Source: an uncultured virus (IMG/VR IMGVR_UViG_3300031802_000001)
Lineage: Duplodnaviria > Heunggongvirae > Uroviricota > Caudoviricetes
Reading direction: 5' to 3' (one strand)
DNA: 20,000 bases
IMG/VR virus record: IMGVR_UViG_3300031802_000001
Shown here piece by piece: positions 17,187-20,000 of this stretch. Within the stretch, counting starts at the first letter, position 1. Every line of letters starts with the position of its first letter. The position numbers and the translations under genes are program-made. Below the pieces are notes generated by a model that did not search any database, was not told the DNA's origin, and saw only the letters and a list, made by a program, of their open reading frames with translations.

Positions 17187-18821
17187 CTAGAGCCCTTTTC
17201 TCACTACTGGATACCAAACTGTTCCATATTCATCTGTTTCTGGTTTTTCCCAGTCAGGTATACCATCATCTACAAATCCAAAAGGTGCCATATCTTGTTC
17301 TATTAATTTTTCTTGCTCTTCATATAATTGTTGTCTAGCATTTGTATTAGTCAATTCTTTAAAAAAGGCTTGATTAGATAACCAACCAAATAATACAAGA
17401 CAAGTCATTAAATCATCATTACATCCGTCTTCAGCTTTCCAAGAATTACCTCTACGAGAAAATGTTGACATTTCTTCTATGATATTAAAATCATTAATGA
17501 TTACTTTATCACCTTCAATTAATGTTTTGATATTAGAACAACCAATTTTTTTAATTTGTTTTGTCATACGGACACCAAAACCACTTCCTCTTCCACTATA
17601 TCCTGCACCTAAAATCTGTCCTGCTCGTCCTCTTTGTGTAGTCATTAATAGATTAGCATACTCTAATTCATAATTTAAAGCTTCACCTATTTGCTGTCCT
17701 ATATCATTTGTTTCAACAAGTATTTCTGCTTTGTTATATCCTGTACAAGCTTTAGATATTATATGTGGAAATAAAATAGGCTTAACTTCATTACTTTTAT
17801 ATTTTGCTACAATTTTGTAAGGCATTTGTGTTACATCAAAAATTAAAAATGCTGAATAATCTCTCTCCACTCCTCTTGCTACATCAACTGTACAAACATA
17901 ATTTCTACCATTTACAGGACTTTCAAACACATCTAAACCACCACTTGAAGTTATTGGTGTCATATAAGGAGTTGCTTTAATTTTAATTGGTGAAATTAAT
18001 GTATCAACACTACCTAAAAATTCACACTCAAACTCTTGTTGGAATTGTTCTTTAGATGTATTTCTTATAGTCATTTCTTTCCAAGCTTCATCTCTTCCTG
18101 GAACTTCCGACCAATGCACCTCAATAGGAACATAATCATTTTTACCAGTTTCAGAATCCATCCACAATTTATAAAACTGATTCATACCGTGTGGGGTTGA
18201 TACAATAACAACCTTTGAAGTTTTACCAGATGTAATAGTAGGGTAAACGGAACTAAAAAACATTTCAGCAATGTTAGCAGGTACGAAAGCAAACTCATCA
18301 AGAAATATTATATTATATGTACCTCCTCTTATTGCACTTGAAGATGTAGCAGCAGCAATAATTTGAGATTTATTTTCTAATTCAATACTACCTTTATTCC
18401 AATTGATTACACCTTGCTGTAACCATTTAGGTAAATTTTCATATGCAAGTTGTAGTCTTCCTAATATATCTCTAGCAGTTGAAGATTTATTAGCAAGAAT
18501 TGCTATGTTTGAATTTGGATTAAATATTGCAAAGTGTAAAAGGTATGCAATTGTTGTAGTAGATTTACCTGATTGTCTAGGTAGTTTTGCAATCGTAAAA
18601 CGATTATTATGTATTGTTCTTACTATCTTTTTTTGGAAAGGATATAAATTAAAATCTATAAGACCTTCGTCAAGAGAAACTATTTTAAACCATTTCTCCA
18701 TAAAATATATTGGGTCTTTAGCACATCTATCAAATTCTTCAATTTCTTCTTTAGTAAATTCAACTGCCGTATTTACTTTCTTTAAATTTGGATTTCCTAA
18801 ATATGCGTCTGTTACACTCAT
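17187..18821 (-). CDS. gp17: gp17 large terminase subunit
   Basis: YLGNPNLK, PRQSGKST Walker A, IIFLDEFAF Walker B, VSTPHG, VDVARG and NDDLMTCL nuclease motifs; no intein apparent at 544 aa. Confidence 0.98.
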   Translation of the reverse strand: MSVTDAYLGNPNLKKVNTAVEFTKEEIEEFDRCAKDPIYFMEKWFKIVSLDEGLIDFNLYPFQKKIVRTIHNNRFTIAKLPRQSGKSTTTIAYLLHFAIFNPNSNIAILANKSSTARDILGRLQLAYENLPKWLQQGVINWNKGSIELENKSQIIAAATSSSAIRGGTYNIIFLDEFAFVPANIAEMFFSSVYPTITSGKTSKVVIVSTPHGMNQFYKLWMDSETGKNDYVPIEVHWSEVPGRDEAWKEMTIRNTSKEQFQQEFECEFLGSVDTLISPIKIKATPYMTPITSSGGLDVFESPVNGRNYVCTVDVARGVERDYSAFLIFDVTQMPYKIVAKYKSNEVKPILFPHIISKACTGYNKAEILVETNDIGQQIGEALNYELEYANLLMTTQRGRAGQILGAGYSGRGSGFGVRMTKQIKKIGCSNIKTLIEGDKVIINDFNIIEEMSTFSRRGNSWKAEDGCNDDLMTCLVLFGWLSNQAFFKELTNTNARQQLYEEQEKLIEQDMAPFGFVDDGIPDWEKPETDEYGTVWYPVVRKGL

Positions 18822-19429
18822 TGTTTTACCTCTCCTGGTATATATTTATCCACAATATATCCCATCCAACCAGTTATGATATATTTTTCGTGGAGCTTGG
18901 TAGTTTGGCCACTATGCGTATGAGTAAAATCTGGTGGCCAAATAAGCGTTAATCCTTTTTTAGCAGGAGTTGTTAAATTCTGATATTTAAAATGTGTACC
19001 ACCTTCAGGAACATCATTTAAATAAGTCATCCAAACCAGGCAACGATTATTTTGTAAGCAACTTCTTTCGTGGTGCTCAGAAAAATAACCTCCTCCTGGC
19101 GAATAATATTGTATAATTGCTCCTTCAACCATTCCAAATGGCTTAATTCCTTTAAGCTCAGGATATTTATTTTCGTATAGACTAATAACTTCTTTCAATT
19201 GTTTTGTATATTTTACAAAACTTTCACCAGTAAAATTTTCATCTATACCTAGGTCTATAGAATCTTTTTTAGTAAGGTCAACATTGTAAGGACTACCTAC
19301 AACTCCTGGCTTTTGATGTTCTTTTTGTGATTTAAATAAGGTTATAAGGTCATCACAAATTTTAGGATCAATATACCAACCTCCGATAAAACTATTAAAT
19401 GGTAAATTATGTTCTTTTAATTCACTCAT
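18818..19429 (-). CDS. 2OG-Fe(II) oxygenase (prolyl-4-hydroxylase-like, HxE...H)
   Basis: IQYYSPGGGYFSEHHER ... RCLVWMTYLNDVPEGGTHF ... KKGLTLIWPPDFTHTHSG ... KYIITGW. Confidence 0.85.
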   Translation of the reverse strand: MSELKEHNLPFNSFIGGWYIDPKICDDLITLFKSQKEHQKPGVVGSPYNVDLTKKDSIDLGIDENFTGESFVKYTKQLKEVISLYENKYPELKGIKPFGMVEGAIIQYYSPGGGYFSEHHERSCLQNNRCLVWMTYLNDVPEGGTHFKYQNLTTPAKKGLTLIWPPDFTHTHSGQTTKLHEKYIITGWMGYIVDKYIPGEVKQ

Positions 19430-19709
19430 TAATTATCACTCCTTCTATATGAGTATAGCCTAATTGTTTAGCTGCCTGTACTCTTTGACTACCTTTATAT
19501 ACACTATATAGTTTCTCTTTATATGGTGTTTTTGCAACACCATATCTAGGTATTTTTGATATAGTATGTTTCTGTACTTCTATTGGGATTTGTAATTCTT
19601 CACCATCTAATAATTCTTTTAATGGTGGCATTGATTTGATATAAGTCAAATCTTCTAAAGATATATTAATCTTTTTTAGGTTCTTTTGTTTCGCTTTTAA
19701 CAGTTTCAT
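19422..19709 (-). CDS. Small ParB/sulfiredoxin-like domain protein
   Basis: LQIPIEV ... YSVYKGSQRVQAAKQLGYTHIEGVII matches the ParB/Srx pattern PIxV...GxxRxxA...G. The start is uncertain (ATG 19709 or GTG 19715); overlaps the gp16 end. Confidence 0.55.
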   Translation of the reverse strand: MKLLKAKQKNLKKINISLEDLTYIKSMPPLKELLDGEELQIPIEVQKHTISKIPRYGVAKTPYKEKLYSVYKGSQRVQAAKQLGYTHIEGVIINE

Positions 19710-20000
19710 TTTCACGTTTTTTATTTAACATTTTTTGTAATTCAGCAGTTGAACCTACGAACAAAGCATTTTTAATATTCGCACTTGTTCTTCCAGGTAA
19801 ATCTTTTAAATCTTTTAATTTCTTTTGTAAGTCTTGTAGTTTATCTACCGTATCTCCAACTTGTCCAATTAACTGACCAACAACTTCATATGCTCTAGGG
19901 TGTTGTCCTTCTTTTGCAATATCTAATATTCCTTGTATTGCTTCTTGTCCCTTTTCTATTAAATTGTAATAGTTTTCTCTACTGTAATCAGAATCTTTAT
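19666..20000 (-). CDS. gp16: gp16 small terminase subunit, C-terminal part; starts beyond the right edge
   Basis: Not in the ORF track. Manual translation: KDSDYSRENYYNLIEKGQEAIQGILDIAKEGQHPRAYEVVGQLI ... IKNALFVGSTAELQKML ... KKD*; HPRAYEV and FVGSTAELQ are characteristic of gp16. Confidence 0.93.
   Translation of the reverse strand, partial: KDSDYSRENYYNLIEKGQEAIQGILDIAKEGQHPRAYEVVGQLIGQVGDTVDKLQDLQKKLKDLKDLPGRTSANIKNALFVGSTAELQKMLNKKRENETVKSETKEPKKD

Noticed and set aside
1247..18879. All plus-strand ORFs in the track (e.g. 9564..9992, 15228..15596, 16773..17066, 18403..18879)
   Set aside because: They lie antisense to well-supported core genes and have the S/F/L-rich composition of shadow ORFs, with no recognisable motifs.
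1..20000. CRISPR arrays, tRNAs, introns/inteins, homing endonucleases, stop-codon reassignment
   Set aside because: No intergenic gap exceeds about 115 nt, no repeat-spacer pattern or cloverleaf was seen, and core genes have ordinary lengths and read through under the standard code.

Overview
AT-rich segment of a T4-like (myovirus) phage genome with essentially all genes on the minus strand. In transcription order (right to left): gp16 (partial), ParB/Srx-like ORF, 2OG-Fe(II) oxygenase, gp17, gp18, gp19, gp20, gp67-like core protein, four hypothetical or structural ORFs, gp21, gp22, gp23, gp3-like, uvsY, uvsW, conserved hypothetical, gp55, flavin-dependent (tryptophan-type) halogenase, gp47, a second 2OG-Fe(II) oxygenase, gp46 (partial). 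The gene order, the absence of gp24 next to gp23, and the halogenase/2OG cargo resemble marine T4-like phages such as cyanophages or pelagiphage HTVC008M (inference; the host cannot be determined here). Most notable: (i) enzymes wedged with overlapping start/stop codons into normally adjacent core gene pairs; (ii) back-to-back sigma70-type promoters upstream of gp55, one firing antisense and converging on a late-promoter motif inside uvsW; (iii) a long gp18 leader with a 13-aa uORF and a hairpin; (iv) a small protein apparently split by an inserted beta-rich domain; (v) several apparently leaderless genes. All calls come from motif recognition and synteny by eye; no database searches were run.
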